DNA from: the human T2T-CHM13v2.0 reference genome, Homo sapiens
Length of the DNA stretch: 64,000 nt
NCBI RefSeq assembly: GCF_009914755.1
Contig: NC_060927.1
Reading direction: 5' to 3' (one strand)
Position numbers and translations under genes: made by a program. The first letter of the stretch is position 1; each line of letters opens with the position of its first letter. Positions 1 through 14,210 of this stretch are shown in pieces. The notes below the pieces were generated by a model. That model searched no databases. It saw only the letters and a program-made list of their open reading frames with translations, and was not told the DNA's origin.

Positions 1-1110
1 GTCTACACAGGCTGGCTTCACCTCTCACCCCCCATTCATTTCTTCATATCCTGCAACTCTCTCCCTGCTCCCAGGGCTACTCTACTAAACTGTTCTTTTT
101 AGTTCATTTGTAACATTTTGCTGTCATGCCAATGGACTCTTCGATCATCATCCCTCTTGACCTCGCAGCTGCTTTTCACATAGTTGGTGTTCTGTCTCTT
201 GGCCTCCACGGAGCCTCATTATTGCCCCCACCTGCTACTTCTCCATCTCCCTCGCCTCCCTTGATGGTTCTTTATTCCCTTTTCATAGTATTGTCTTAGC
301 CCAGCAATCTCATGAGTCCCATCACTTCAGCTGTCCACCATAGTGGATGACATTGCTGTTTTCTCTTCTTTCAAGCTTCAGGCCAATATATTCAACAGCC
401 TCCACGGCATCTGTAACTGGACACCTAAAGGAATTTCATACTTCATATTTAAGCCTGAACTAGTAATCCTTTCGCCCAAACCTACAATCTCTCCAGCCTT
501 CTTCGTTTTACTAAATGGCCACTTCATACACAGAGTGGCTGAAATCAACATCACCCTTTTGCTACTCTTGCCCATGTAAAATCTACCATGCTAGCCAGGT
601 GATTTTCTCTATAATACATCTCTTGAAAAATCATACCAAGTCTCTCTAGCACTATTCTTCCCACCTTACTTCGATCATTTTGGATTTCTTCCTGGACCAC
701 TAACTTTGCTCCCTATATTTTCTTTTATATTCTGCTACTAACTCCCTCTGATCCTTCCTCCACAAACAGCCATCTTTTAAAAATAGAAATTGGATCATAT
801 TACCTTCCTGTGCAAAATCCTTTCATTGGCTTCTTGCTGGAACCATAATAAATAAAAGATAGCATCTTTACCACAGAATTCTCTGTCCTGAGTCAATTTC
901 ATATATCTCCAGTATATTTTTTAATTCATTCTATTTTTGTTGCATCTTATGATTTATTTTACAGTTTACAGCTATGTTTATTTATGCTTTTATTTTTTAT
1001 TTACTCTTTCTCTTCTTAAACTGTAAGTACCATGAAGTCACAGGACAGTTTTTACTAAATCTGTAATGCTACTAGTTCAATAAATATTTCTTGAAGAAAT
1101 GAATAAATGA
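1..1110 (+). mobile_element. L2 LINE fragments (3' region, highly diverged)
   Basis: Pyrimidine-rich L2-like body, plus a typical L2 3' end (ctgtaagtaccatgaag...caataaatatttcttgaagaaatgaataaatga) at ~1020-1110. Confidence 0.7.
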
Positions 1111-1927
1111 TTGAAGGAAACTTCCACAACTAATTCTACAGAAAAAAACACATATCAAGTATGCTATACTGCAAATATTACCTGAGAAAGAGTGAGATTT
1201 TATCTTAATTATTTCAAAAATCTTAACTGAAAGTCTTGGTTCATATGTTTGAGGGGAAGTTTCATGTCTAATATGTTTACCTATTAAGACCAGATGGAGG
1301 TCAGCTGGAGCCATATGTACGAAATTTGGAAGCTGACAAAATAGGACATGAGTTTTTATTGCTCCTTTCAAAAAAGCTATGACTTTGGTTGAGTTACAAA
1401 AAAAAAAAAAAAAAGAAAGAAAGAAAACAAAACTTTGAGTCTGTTCTCTAAGATAGAAAATACCACCTGCCTTAATCAGCCAGTATGAAGATGAAATTAT
1501 TTATGGCATAAACATGTCATTCGACACTCAAATACCAACCTGATTCCCCTTTTTAGACAGGGTCCATTCTCTGGCAGCAAGTACTTTGATTTAGCTCTCA
1601 CCCTTATACTCTTTGCTAGAGGCCACCTAAAGAGGTCCCCAACACAAGGAAGAAGGTAACGGAGCAGGTGGTGGCTTGAGTATCCACTCATTTCTGCCTG
1701 CCCTCTGCTCCTGATTTAGGATATCAGTAGGAGACTTCCCTTGGGGGCTGTTATATCATTTCTGTAGTATTTGAGTTTGGTTTTTGAGTACTGAGTATAG
1801 GTTTATTTGAGTTTTCTTATCAAAGTCATTATTCATTATTATATTGTTAATTTGATTAATTTTTTATTTGCTAGAGCCTGGTTGCTCTTTCTTAGCTTCT
1901 CTCCCCCAACTGCTAACCCAACCCCTG

Positions 1928-1983
1928 TTTTTTTTTTGTTTTTTTTTTTGTGTTTTTTTTTTGTTTTTTTTTTTGGTTTTTTT
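1928..1983. repeat. Interrupted poly-T tract
   Basis: T runs with sparse G interruptions, read directly. Confidence 0.95.
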
Positions 1984-2699
1984 CTCTTGGTCTGACAGTA
2001 TCTTCAGTTCTCCATGGATTTTTGCCACTTGATCTTATGGCCTACTACGTGATCATACCATTTAACCAAACTGCTAAGCTTCATTTGCTAAGGTAATTAA
2101 TTCACTTTAAATATCTTACTCTACTTTGTGAAGGCACTGTTGTAAAAACATGATATTCAGGACCTCAGCAGTAAGAAAGAATCTGGGAGAAAATTAAATT
2201 ATTTTTCCCTCCTATTGGCCAACAACCACCCTTTTAACCCCCAAGAATAAATATGTCATTATCTGAAAAATAGAGGCCCTTTATTTTAAAATACCAAGTG
2301 TTGTTCAACGTTTTAAACCTAGGTCCAGTTTGAAAAACATGAATTAATTTACCACCAATTTGTTTGATAATATGTTTCTAGATACTGCTTGTCTATAACA
2401 AAGATGATAAGAAGTAACCTTTTTTTTCCATAGCAGTAACCACAAATGCTTAAAAGTTCTGAAAGATAAAAAAAACTGGAGACCTTGGGCTAGTTTTATA
2501 TTTCTGGAAGTTCAATAGATAAAGCATCATGAATCCTTTTGTGAGACTAGAACAGTATCAATAGCAGAACAGTAGTTCTGATGATCTAATTCAAAAGCCA
2601 AGAAGTCATTTGCTTAGTGATTGTGGTTGATCAGATAAAGCTTTCAAAATATGTAGCTCATAAGAAAAATAACAAATGAGGCACTTGACAATGTAGTAT

Positions 2700-3720
<1,021 letters not shown>

Positions 3721-4784
3721 CTAATTAGTCTGATTTTATTCTTAACATTAAATTAAGTGAGTTGGAGTTCCTTAAAGAGAGAAATTATTGGTATCATAAA
3801 TCCAAAACTGCTCATCTCCTTTAAAAATGATTCTTCTTCAGTTACTCCATAAGATTGACCCTTCAAATCAGGCAGCCAATTTTGTGGTTTATTTATAGTA
3901 ATGACATTTAAATGCCAGATGTTTAGCCTGCTAGTAATATCTATGAAAGGATGTATATTCAGGAATAGAAAACTCTACCAGGTTACACAGGAGAATTCAA
4001 TTTTTCAAAAATGCTGTTTCTCTTTGTGAAACAGAAAATTGTCATGCAATGTATTTTTTAATTGAAACACTCAGCCATAACTGTACACATAGATTATGAT
4101 GTTACTTGTAGTAAATTTTAAAAATCTTTCTCCCTCAAATAAAGTATAAACAAATCTAAAACAAATAGAAAAATTAAAAAAACAAACAAACATACCAGAA
4201 CAGTTTACTGGAGTTAATTTGATTCAATTAAGTATATAAAAATAAATTTAAGACAATTCCTTTCAAGTTATATGTGAGATATTTTAAGTCTTATATTTAT
4301 GGTTTTCTGCTTATAATAATAGTGTTGGTGGTCAGTATGGTTAGAGTCACATTTAAGGCAGTAGCAATGGTGGTAGATGGATTAACTGGGAGACAGTGTG
4401 TTCATAATCTCATTAAGCCACTTCAGATAACACAAATGTTGACTAGCAACTTTTCCTAACATGTGAACCTATTTTGAGATTTGGTAGCCTGTGGATTGCT
4501 ATTTTATGACAGCTCTATTTTTATTTACTTCTTTGCTACATAGAGAGAACAAGTAGCTCCTAAAATGTCAAGAAGAGTCACAACAAACTACTATAAAATG
4601 TTTCCTTGGTGTGTGTTTAAAAAAAAAAAAAAAGCAAGAGAGAAAAAACAAACAAAGAAAAACACCTGACTTGTCTGCTGGAGTACGGAACCGAGCTGCA
4701 GGCCAAAACCAAGTTTTGGTCCCTGGAGTGCCAGGAGGCAAAACATGAATACCTTATGCAGTGCTCCGTTGTAAATATCACATG

Positions 4785-5890
4785 GATTTGAGAATTCCCT
4801 GAGGATAGAGACTGTAATGTTTTAACTATGTGTTTCCAGAGCTTGTCTCAGCATCTGACTCATGAGTGATGCTTAATAAATATTCGGTGGAATAAATGAA
4901 TTAGCAAATGAGGACAGCGCTTAGTTGCAGTAGAACAGGAAGAAAAAATTATGTTGAGATGAAATTGTTCCCCATAGCTCTGATATGTAACATAAATAGA
5001 CATATTCACACACACTCAGGCAAACACTTTCCGGAACATTCTACATTGCTGTTCTTAGAATTTAAATACCAAATACAGTGGCTACTTCTTGGGTGTTAAA
5101 CTACCTGACTTCCCACAACATTTTAACATGTTAATTCTTCATTTTCTTGGACTCTCTCTTTTTGGGTTTTCCGCAGCTCAGTCGTCCTGCCAGTTTCCTT
5201 TGCTCTCAATACTTTCTCTGCCCTTCACTGTCTCTTCAATAACCGCTCCCCAAATGTTGATTTCCTCAGTGTTTTCCACTGAGTCTATCTGCCCCACCTT
5301 TCTCTCAGTTTCTACCCAGTGTATTTATTTATTGTCATGGTTTCCATTCCTGCTACGTGCAAAATCGATGCCTTTAGCCCCAAATCTACTATAACCCATA
5401 TGCCTTTATTTCCAACTGAACACAACTAAACAGTGGATCTGAATTCTATTCCACACCTAATTTTAGATATATTTGACTGAGCCATGCTTTTTCTCTATTA
5501 TCATTGCGATCCAATTATGAATTCAGCTAAAATCTTAGGGGTTATTTTTAAGTGGTTTTCTGTTTTTCTTCTTCATGTAAAAACCACCTGAACACATTTC
5601 TTCATCTGGGATAGCGCTTGAATTTCCCAAGGCTGCCTTCTTCAAACTCTCCTCCTTGCTTCTATTTAAGCAGCCTTTTGATGCACCTGTTTACTCAAAC
5701 CTTTGCCTACCCTGGCTTCCTCTCGCTCTAATCTTTACTGCCTGTCACTCCCAGAAAACACATCATATCACTCCCTTCCATAAGATCTTCAGAGGATGCA
5801 CTTTGTCAGCAGGAAATGGTACCAACGTAGAACTGCATATAAGATGCCTTATAATCTCACTGCAGTCTGTTTTGCCAAAAAATCTCCTAC
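4785..5890 (+). mobile_element. L2 fragments
   Basis: L2 3'-tail-like segment at ~4785-4900 (taataaatattcggtggaataaatgaa) and L2-body-like sequence at ~5130-5890. Confidence 0.55.
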
Positions 5891-5896
5891 CAATCC

Positions 5897-6332
5897 TGTT
5901 ATGAGTTGAATTGTTCCAAGACTTCAATATATGATTCCCCCCCAGAATCATATATTGAAGTCTCGACTCCTAGTACTTCAGAATGTGACCTCATTGGTAG
6001 ACAGGATCTTCACAGAGTTAATTTCATTAGAATGAGGTTGTTATTATCATGGGTCCCTGATCCAGTATGATTAGTGTCCTTATATAAACAGGAACCTTGG
6101 ACACAGAAACACTCATAAAGGGACGAAAATGTGAAAAGACAAGGGGAAAAGACAGCCATCCACAGCCAAAAAGGGAGGCTTGGTGAGGATCCTTCCCCAC
6201 AGCCCTCAGAAGGGACCAACGCAGCTGACATCTTGATCTGGAACTTGTAGCCTCCAGAACTTATAGACAGTAAATATCTCACAGCCATCTAGTCTGTGGT
6301 ACTTTGTTATGGCAGTCTTAAAAACCAAGATA
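5897..6332 (+). mobile_element. MLT1B-like MaLR solo LTR
   Basis: Starts tgttatgagttgaattg and ends gtctgtggtactttgttatggcagtc...aagata; near-TSD aatcc/actcc. Confidence 0.85.
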
Positions 6333-7021
6333 ACTCCCAATTTTACCACTGCCATTCACATATGTACACACCATCCACCACCTGGCCTTGATAATAATAT
6401 GCTCTGTGTATAGGAACGACTTCTGTCTTCTACCATTCACATGGCACCCCAGGGGAGATTTCCAAGCTGTCTTCCTGCAGTGTCTATCCTCATGATCCTC
6501 AGAGCCTTGTGTTAAATTCACTGGTAAACATACCTCACATTGAATCATATGAATAAAAATACTTCATCATAAGGCCGTTTTCTCATTCAACAGCAGTTCA
6601 TTCATCACCTTGTGAGAGCCCTTTCAGAACCTGCCATCTAGCAAAGAAAACGATAACAACAAAACAATAATGAAAATAATAGCAATCGCTAGCAATCATG
6701 TAGTGCCTATTATGTGCCAGGCGTGGTTCCAACCACATGTAGCATCACTGGCCTTGCTGTCTTTCTGTTCATGGATTTAGGCAATTTTTCCTCTGAGCAA
6801 TGATGAAAAAATCATAAAACTGGAAATTAAGGGACTTTATTTTACTATGAAGCATTTATTCCCTTTTTGGAAAAAAGTTAATACAATTATACACTTCAGG
6901 CATTTTGTAAGTTTTGATTGTGGATTTCAATGCCACATTAACATGAAAAATATTGATTTCATGTTAGCTCACTAAAAATTTTCCTAGACAATTCATCACA
7001 ATGTGAAGTTTTCTTCTAATC

Positions 7022-7205
7022 CTGTGGTTCTCAAACTTTAGCCAGAAACAGAATCACCTAGAATGGTTGTTAAAGCACCGATTTCTGGGTCTCACCCCAG
7101 AGTTCTGATGCAATAGGTCTAGGATGGGGTTGAATTTGTATTTCTAGAAAGATCCCAAATGATGCCTATGCTGCTTATTTAGGACCCACATTTTGAGAAC
7201 AACTG
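7022..7205. mobile_element. MER5A (hAT-Charlie MITE)
   Basis: TIRs ctgtggttctcaaa / tttgagaacaactg, ~185 bp, degenerate 8-bp TSD ttctaatc/atataatc. Confidence 0.9.
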
Positions 7206-8069
7206 ATATAATCCATGATATTCAACTAAAAATTCTCATACCTAACAAAATTAACCAAAACATGTTGTTATTAAGAAGGGAAGGGAAGACAAGGGGGTAT
7301 ATGACTGATTAAAAATAATCAACTAGTTGGTACCTTTAGAAAAACCACTTGGTTAATTTGTTAGTGGTGATGTCCACATGAGCTTATTGTTATTCCAGGT
7401 GTGTTTGGCAGAATTTGTCATTAGTTGGGAAAATGCCTGTGTCTGTATGTACATGCGTATACAGTATGTTATATACACATATATATCACAAAATAATTCT
7501 CAAAAGGGAGAAAAAGCATAATTATATTAAGTTGTCCTCTGCTAACAGAGGCATATGATTTTCTCAAAACTTTATTACTCTCTGAGGCTCCCCCTAGTGT
7601 CCTTAACAGGATATGGGAAGTAATATAGATAAACTTGGATTTTATGCATTCAACAGTGAATTAGAGGTATCTTGAAAGGATCATAGTGCTGCTTTAAAAT
7701 AGTCTTTACACACAACACCAGTATTTTTTGTTAAAGTTTTCAGGATAATAGCAAAATGAGGGTGGTGCTTAGATTAAAAATTAACCCTCTTCTGCAAAAG
7801 TGCACAGCTGAAAATCATAGCTATGTTTATAGCAATAGGTACATTTAAATGGTCATTGAGAAGTTTTCATGTAGGTTGTATTTTACAGATGATGTGTTTT
7901 AGCCATAATTAGACATTTAATTTACAAGACTATTTTCAAGTGCTTCGATATTTAAACAGATATGCCACCTCATTTTGGAATTATCTTTCAAGAATTAGAT
8001 CCATACATTTGCAGGTGGGTTTTCAGAAATTAGTTCTAGTTCTCAGTCTTTAAGTCTCTTCCATCTAGA

Positions 8070-8303
8070 CCAGTGCCATCCAATAGAAATGTAATGTAAG
8101 ACACATATATAACTTGAAATAGTTTTGTAGCCATATTTAAAATGAGTTTTTTAAAAATTAATAAAAGGTTTTACTTAGTATTTTAAAAGTTTTCAAATTA
8201 TGATATGAATTTCCCACTTATAGCACTTCTTAATCTGACATTCCTCAATTCAAACACTCAGTGATCACATGTGGCTAGTAGCTACCATATTGCACAACAT
8301 AGT
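8070..8303. mobile_element. MER3/MER33-like hAT-Charlie element
   Basis: ccagtgccatccaatagaaat...cacatgtggctagtagctaccatattg. Confidence 0.8.
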
Positions 8304-8935
8304 ATTAGATCATGTGAGTTATTATTTCCTCTTGAGTGTTGGATTGAAAGAAAAATTGCAAGCACTTGTCATGCACTATGAGGTTTTACTTTAAGCTAAA
8401 GTGCACTAATTAAAAAAGGAGTACTGATCACATATGCAAAGATATGATCCCAGGTTGTAGTGGCTTTGCCACACTGATAGTGTCTCCAGAGAGCAGCCAG
8501 GAAGATCAACTCAGAAGCTGATGCTCAGATGGTCAGGGAACATGAAAATTGACAAACCTCACCTTGTGACTTCAAAAGTCTTTATTTGAGTTTGCTTTAT
8601 ACTTTTGTAGAACTAGAAATATGCTTCTTTTTAAATTGTTGAGCCCAGATACATGATACAATTGCTCCTTCATCTGCCACCAAACAAGGAAGGGGGGTAG
8701 ATAGACTTCTGTCAGCTTTCCTAGTTATTACGCCCATTGCCCCTGTCTAAAATGGCTTTCCTTGAGCCTTAACACCCATTTCAAAATAACTGTGTGAAAC
8801 CATATTCTTTATTTATTTATGTTTTTATTGCTTTTTCTCCACTTAATGTGAGTTTCATGAGATTAGGGGCTTTTCCTTTTCCCTTCCAATTTACCGGTGT
8901 ATCTATAATATATGTGCTCCCATGTGGTAAGTACC

Positions 8936-9311
8936 TGTATTAGTCCATTCTCACGCTCCTATAAAGAACTGCTTGAGACTGGGTAACTTATAAAGAAAAG
9001 GGGTTTAATTGACTCACAGTTCCACAGGCCTGGAGAGGCCTCAGGAAACTTACAATTGTGGTGGAGGGGGAAGCAAACGCACCTTCCTCACATGCCAGCA
9101 GGACGGAGAAGAATGAGTGCCCAGTGAAGGGGGAAGTCCCTTATAAAACAGTCAGATCTCCTGAGAACTCAATCATTATCACGAGAACAGAATGAGGGAA
9201 ACCACCCCCATGATTCAATTATCTCCACCTGGTCCCTCCCACAACACGTGGGGATTATAGGAACCACAATTCAAGATGAGATTTGGGTGGGGACACAGCC
9301 AAACCATATCA
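8936..9311 (-). mobile_element. THE1C-like MaLR solo LTR
   Basis: tgtattagtcc...gggacacagccaaaccatatca, with perfect 5-bp TSD GTACC (8931-8935 / 9312-9316); inserted into an L2 tail. Confidence 0.95.
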
Positions 9312-10661
9312 GTACCCAAATGAATAAATGAACTAACTTTTTAACAACCTGAATGAGTTCTTTCTACATCAGAAAATATTTTTCTCCAAGTCATGCCTTT
9401 AAAACACAGTCTTTATTTTACACTCTCTTTACTCATTCTCCCTTTCCATCTTTCTTCAGCCAATGTGTGGTCGACAGAGTGTAGGGCATATACTTGAGAT
9501 GATCATCTCTTCTCTACCCACTTATCCTGGACAATTCCACCTAATTCATTTTTTAGCTAGCTTTGTTACTGAATGGAGATACCTGACTTTATTTACTTCA
9601 CAGAGTTGTTGGAATGATTACTTATTGTGTGTTATATTTATAAAATTAATGGGGTGTGTGTGTTTAAAATCGTGCATGAATATGGGGTAAAGAAGACTTT
9701 TCATCCTTTAAAGATCACCCATCAGGAAGATCAAACCCATATCCAGATTACATTGTCTTTCTCTTCTCAAGATCCTATTAACTTTCAATCTGTGTCACTC
9801 ATTTGGAAACTTAACTATATATGAGTTTATAGCAGTATGTGACTGTGTCATGTATTGGTATCATTACCAACCTGGCAGAAAATCCCTGATGGATGTAATT
9901 CAAGGCCAGGATGAAGAGAAGAATCTATTAAATTCCCACTGAATGGATTTGTTTCTGCATTTAAAATAGCCCTCTAACTTGTTCAGTGTGATTCAGAATT
10001 TTAATGTTCACATTAGTATACTTGTTAAAGACTTCTAGAGGATGGATTAAGCAATAATAATTTTCATAGCTGATTATATATTTATTTTAAAATTTAAAAT
10101 GTGTATAAAGCATCTCTGTTGAAAAGCATTTCAAAAAGAACACAATATTTAACAAGAAATGGCTTAATATGGATTATTCTGATGATATTCTTTAAGAAGC
10201 ATATATTGGAAAACGTTACAAATAGTGTTATTTAATATAAAGATGTCTTATGTAGAGGCATTCAATGTGATAGATACGTATCACATCAAGTGCCTGCACA
10301 AAGTGAGATATATAACTTACTTTTGAGTTGAAGATATACTTTGACATTTTTAAGTGTTAATTTGATTACCTAGAATTGCTAATAGCATATGTTTAATGTC
10401 ACCTAATTTGAAAGCCAATTTTAATTTATCCAAGTGAATATGTAGTATCTTAGAATATAAAAGCTAATTGTTGTCTTTGTGATCATTTGGTTTCAAATAT
10501 ATCAGCATAAACCGAATGAAACTGACAGATGTTGGAGTTTCAAGCTATCTGAGCACAGTTTCTAATACTTAGGGAAATAAATATTCTCAAAACAATAACA
10601 TACTCTCTTGTGAACAGGTAGTTCAAGACTAGTTTGGAAATCTTGATTTGAACACCCTGTA

Positions 10662-10880
10662 AACACTAATAATGTATTGCACACTTGAAATTTGCTAAGA
10701 GAGTGTATCTTAGGTGGTCTCAACACAAAAGAAAGGAAACTATGTGAGATGATGAACATGTTAAATAATTTATCTGTGGTAATCTTTCACAATATATATG
10801 GATATCAAAACATCGCTCTGTATACCTTGAATATATACAAAGTTTATCTGTCAGTTATGCCTATATGAAGCTGAAAAAAT
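10662..10880 (+). mobile_element. L1MA/L1MB 3' end
   Basis: cacttgaaatttgctaagagag...aactatgtgagatgatg...tataccttgaatatatacaa. Confidence 0.8.
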
Positions 10881-10907
10881 GAAAAATATAAGAAATAAAC
10901 ACTTGGC

Positions 10908-11112
10908 TTTTTTTTTGTTTGTTTTTGAGACGGCGTCTGGCGCTGTCACCCAGGCTGGAGTGCAGTGGCGCCATCTCGGCTCACTGCAAGCTCCGCCTCC
11001 CGAGGTTCCCGCCATTCTCCTGCCTCAGCCTCCCGAGTAGCTGGGACTACAGGCGCCGCCACCACGCCCGGCTAATTTTGTTTTCTATTTTTAGTAGAGA
11101 CGGGGTTTCACC
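10908..11112 (-). mobile_element. AluY, 5'-truncated
   Basis: ctgcaagctccgcctcc...ccattctcctgcc (Y diagnostics), CpGs largely intact, T tail at 10908; cacttg on both flanks. Confidence 0.93.
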
Positions 11113-12594
11113 ACTTGTTCTAAATACTTCGGAGCATTGTGTTGCACAAGTAGAGACACACATGGCAATCTATTATAAACAATGTTCTCTAAACACTCCT
11201 CAAATGGGAAAAGAGTCTGATATTAAAATGAAACCTTTCATCAATTAGCTAGATATTTAGGGCTATACTACAATGTTACCTAATTTTTGAGCCATTTTTT
11301 CCTCAACTGTTTAGTTACAAAATCTTCAAAAATGTTGTATTAATGTGACTCTATTCAGTAATAAATCCAAATCAATGTTAGATCCAAAAGCCAACCAACA
11401 AAACCTAACCACCCAGAGCTGTAATCCAAAAATTGAATCATATGATTTACTACTGATCACAATGACAACCCACATCTACAAGTTTCTTTAAAAATGTTGT
11501 TACGATATATTTAAAAATAAATTAATTTGACTAAAGAATTTCTGATCCTCCACCTTTAGGCAGACAGCAGGATCTCAGGAGAGTAACAATTAAATGTATG
11601 TTCCGGATAATGAAAAATATGTAGGCTTAAACTAATATTATACACATGTGTATAGAAAATACGATGGATATTTAAAAGAACTAAATAAAAATATATGTAA
11701 TAGACTCTCATGTATTATATATACGGCAATTTTTAGCCAGTTTGTGCCACTAAGTTTAATAGAAATAACCAAAATTCTAAAGAGTACATTTTTACTCAAA
11801 CTTTAGATAAAAGTCAAAAACAAAGTTGTCAGACAAATGTATGCTAATATTATTTTAACAAGTAATTTAACTCTGTCTCCCAACCATACTGATGCAAAAT
11901 ACTGAATCCTTAACACTTTGTTGATATTAAATGCTGACATTTAGTATAGGTGCAGATTTTGACAAGACTAATACTACTATTTATACATATAATTATTTAA
12001 ATTACCCATAGTGCCTCAGTTTAATTGTGTTCATGAAATTGGCATGCATAATTTATGACATCAATGCTGTCAACCATCAATCTACATTTTAGACAGCAAC
12101 ACATCAACCAACTGACAGAGTAAAATGTTTGAGTTGATTCAGAAAAGAACTTCAACTTTTGAAGGTGGAAGTTTGTAGCATGTTATGTAACCAAAGGATA
12201 TAAATTTTTGGTGTTGTTTGTAAAAATCTGCTCAATACATTTTCAGAAAGATCACAAATACAAGATTAGTTCTTAGATCATAATCTAAGGAAAAAAGCCT
12301 ATAGAATAAGGAGTGTTTATATTTTTTTATTTATGTGGGTCATTCACTACTTTAGAAGTTTTGTATAGCTTATTGACACTTTCTCAAAACAATATTTTTA
12401 AATACATAAAATAAATCATCTTCAGACACAAATTATACTGAAATATAGCTTATTAAATTATTACTATGTGATTAAGTATGTGGTATTATGCACCTTCGTT
12501 TTGTTATCAACTGCAGTGGCAGGCTGAATAGCTAACAAAATTTCAAAATGATGATGATAAACGATATGTTACATATCTGCGATAATTTTAATAT

Positions 12595-13030
12595 ATAGTC
12601 AATCTTTATTTTAAGTAACATGAGGTTTGGGGTTGCCTACTCCCCACTCCTGTATAGTTAAAAAATCCATGTATAACTTTTGACTGCCCCAAAACTTAAC
12701 TACTAATAGCCTACTGATGACTGGAAGCCTTACTGATAATATAAACAGTGAATTAGCACATATTTTGTATGGTATATGTGTTATATATTGGATTATTACA
12801 AAAAGGTAAGCTAGAGAAAAGAAATTGTTAGAAAATCATAAGAAAGAGAAAACATACTTACTATTCATTAAGGGGAAGCGGATCCTCATAAAGGACTTCC
12901 TCCTCCCTTGAGTAGACTGAGAAGGAGATAAAAAGGAAAGATTGGTCTTGCTCTCTCAATAGAGGCAGATGAAAATCCAGGCATACATGGGCCTATGTAG
13001 TTCAGACCTGTGTTGTTTAAGTGTCAACTG
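12595..13030 (-). mobile_element. Tigger2a (TcMar-Tigger)
   Basis: gtataacttttgactgccccaaaacttaactactaatagcctactg...gtgttgtttaagtgtcaactg followed by TA. Confidence 0.85.
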
Positions 13031-14210
13031 TAATAAAAAAGATCAGTGATGTCTAAGCCATAGATACTTCTAATATTTCTGTAGCTTGTTCTCTATTTTT
13101 ATAGAAGTTACTGAAAATAAAGATATATATTTTTCCTGTCCAATAATACAAACCTCCTGAATTCTATCTTCAAAATCCTCAGGTGTTATAAACTCAGGTT
13201 AAAAACTCCTGCCAATAGTAAACCTTGTATTTTGTCTTTCTTTTCTTTGAGAACCAAGCTATTAATTTATTTATTTCAGAAATAAGAAGCAAATCATTGT
13301 GCATTTTGTCAGCATATACCAGGCAAAATAATTGGGAACATTTTCTCTGACTAAACATTGCAGAAAAATGTTTATGAACTAGATATTTAAATGTGATTTC
13401 AATTTTAATTTTATTTTTACTGTTTTAATGATACACATTGGGGCTCTCTGTGTGAAAGTGCTCTGGAAATTGAAAGTGTTTTGGAATTCATGGCATTAAT
13501 CAAAATGCCAGGCCATGTAATATGAGGATTTAGCTATTCAAATCCGACTACACAGAGCTTGGTTCACTGTGATATTGGGGCTATTTTTCACTTATACATG
13601 GAGAATAGCAGTAATAAGTTAAGAGCTTAGGAAATGTGTAAATACTTTTTACAGAAAGATGTCACATTTTTAGGAAATATTTTCAAACTAGATGAGAAAA
13701 TTTCTGTTAAAAAAAAAGCTGAGCTAAAACTGTGAAAGTACCTGTGTACTTTAAATAACTTTCCTATTGCTACCTCTCCTAGATTAAATTAAAACGTGCT
13801 TTGCAAGATGGAAGAGAAAATGGTCCTTGAAACATTGAATGTAATTTAACATGTACCAGTTTAGGGTTGTTTTCCCTGTACAGATAATTTATACTTTTTA
13901 ACCAATTCCCCTGGAGGCTCAAGAGAGCACATTTCTAAAGAGAGCAACCTTGATCTAACCAAGAGCTGCTCTTGCTAACAAACTAACCTAGACAGATGCT
14001 CAAAAACAACGTCAAAATAAATTAAAATATTTCATCCATACATATTTGCTATGCTGTTCATACTGAAGATTTGTTAAAGGCAGTCTTCACATGATTTTAG
14101 AGATCAAATGTAATTCTCAGATAATAACTTTGAGCTAAAAACAAGATCAACATTACATCAAATATGTTATCAAAATACCAACGTGTATTCCTCCAGCCAT
14201 TCAAACCTTC

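Noticed and set aside
8563-8673. Minus-strand exon-like segment (…ggtggcag| … aag|gtgagg)
   Set aside because: All three frames contain stops and no partner exon is evident; at most a non-coding or cryptic exon.
10919-11248. Alu-derived ORFs (also 24720, 40754, 46063, 48370, 55971, 63432)
   Set aside because: Standard Alu translations such as LSPRLECSG; no evidence of genes.
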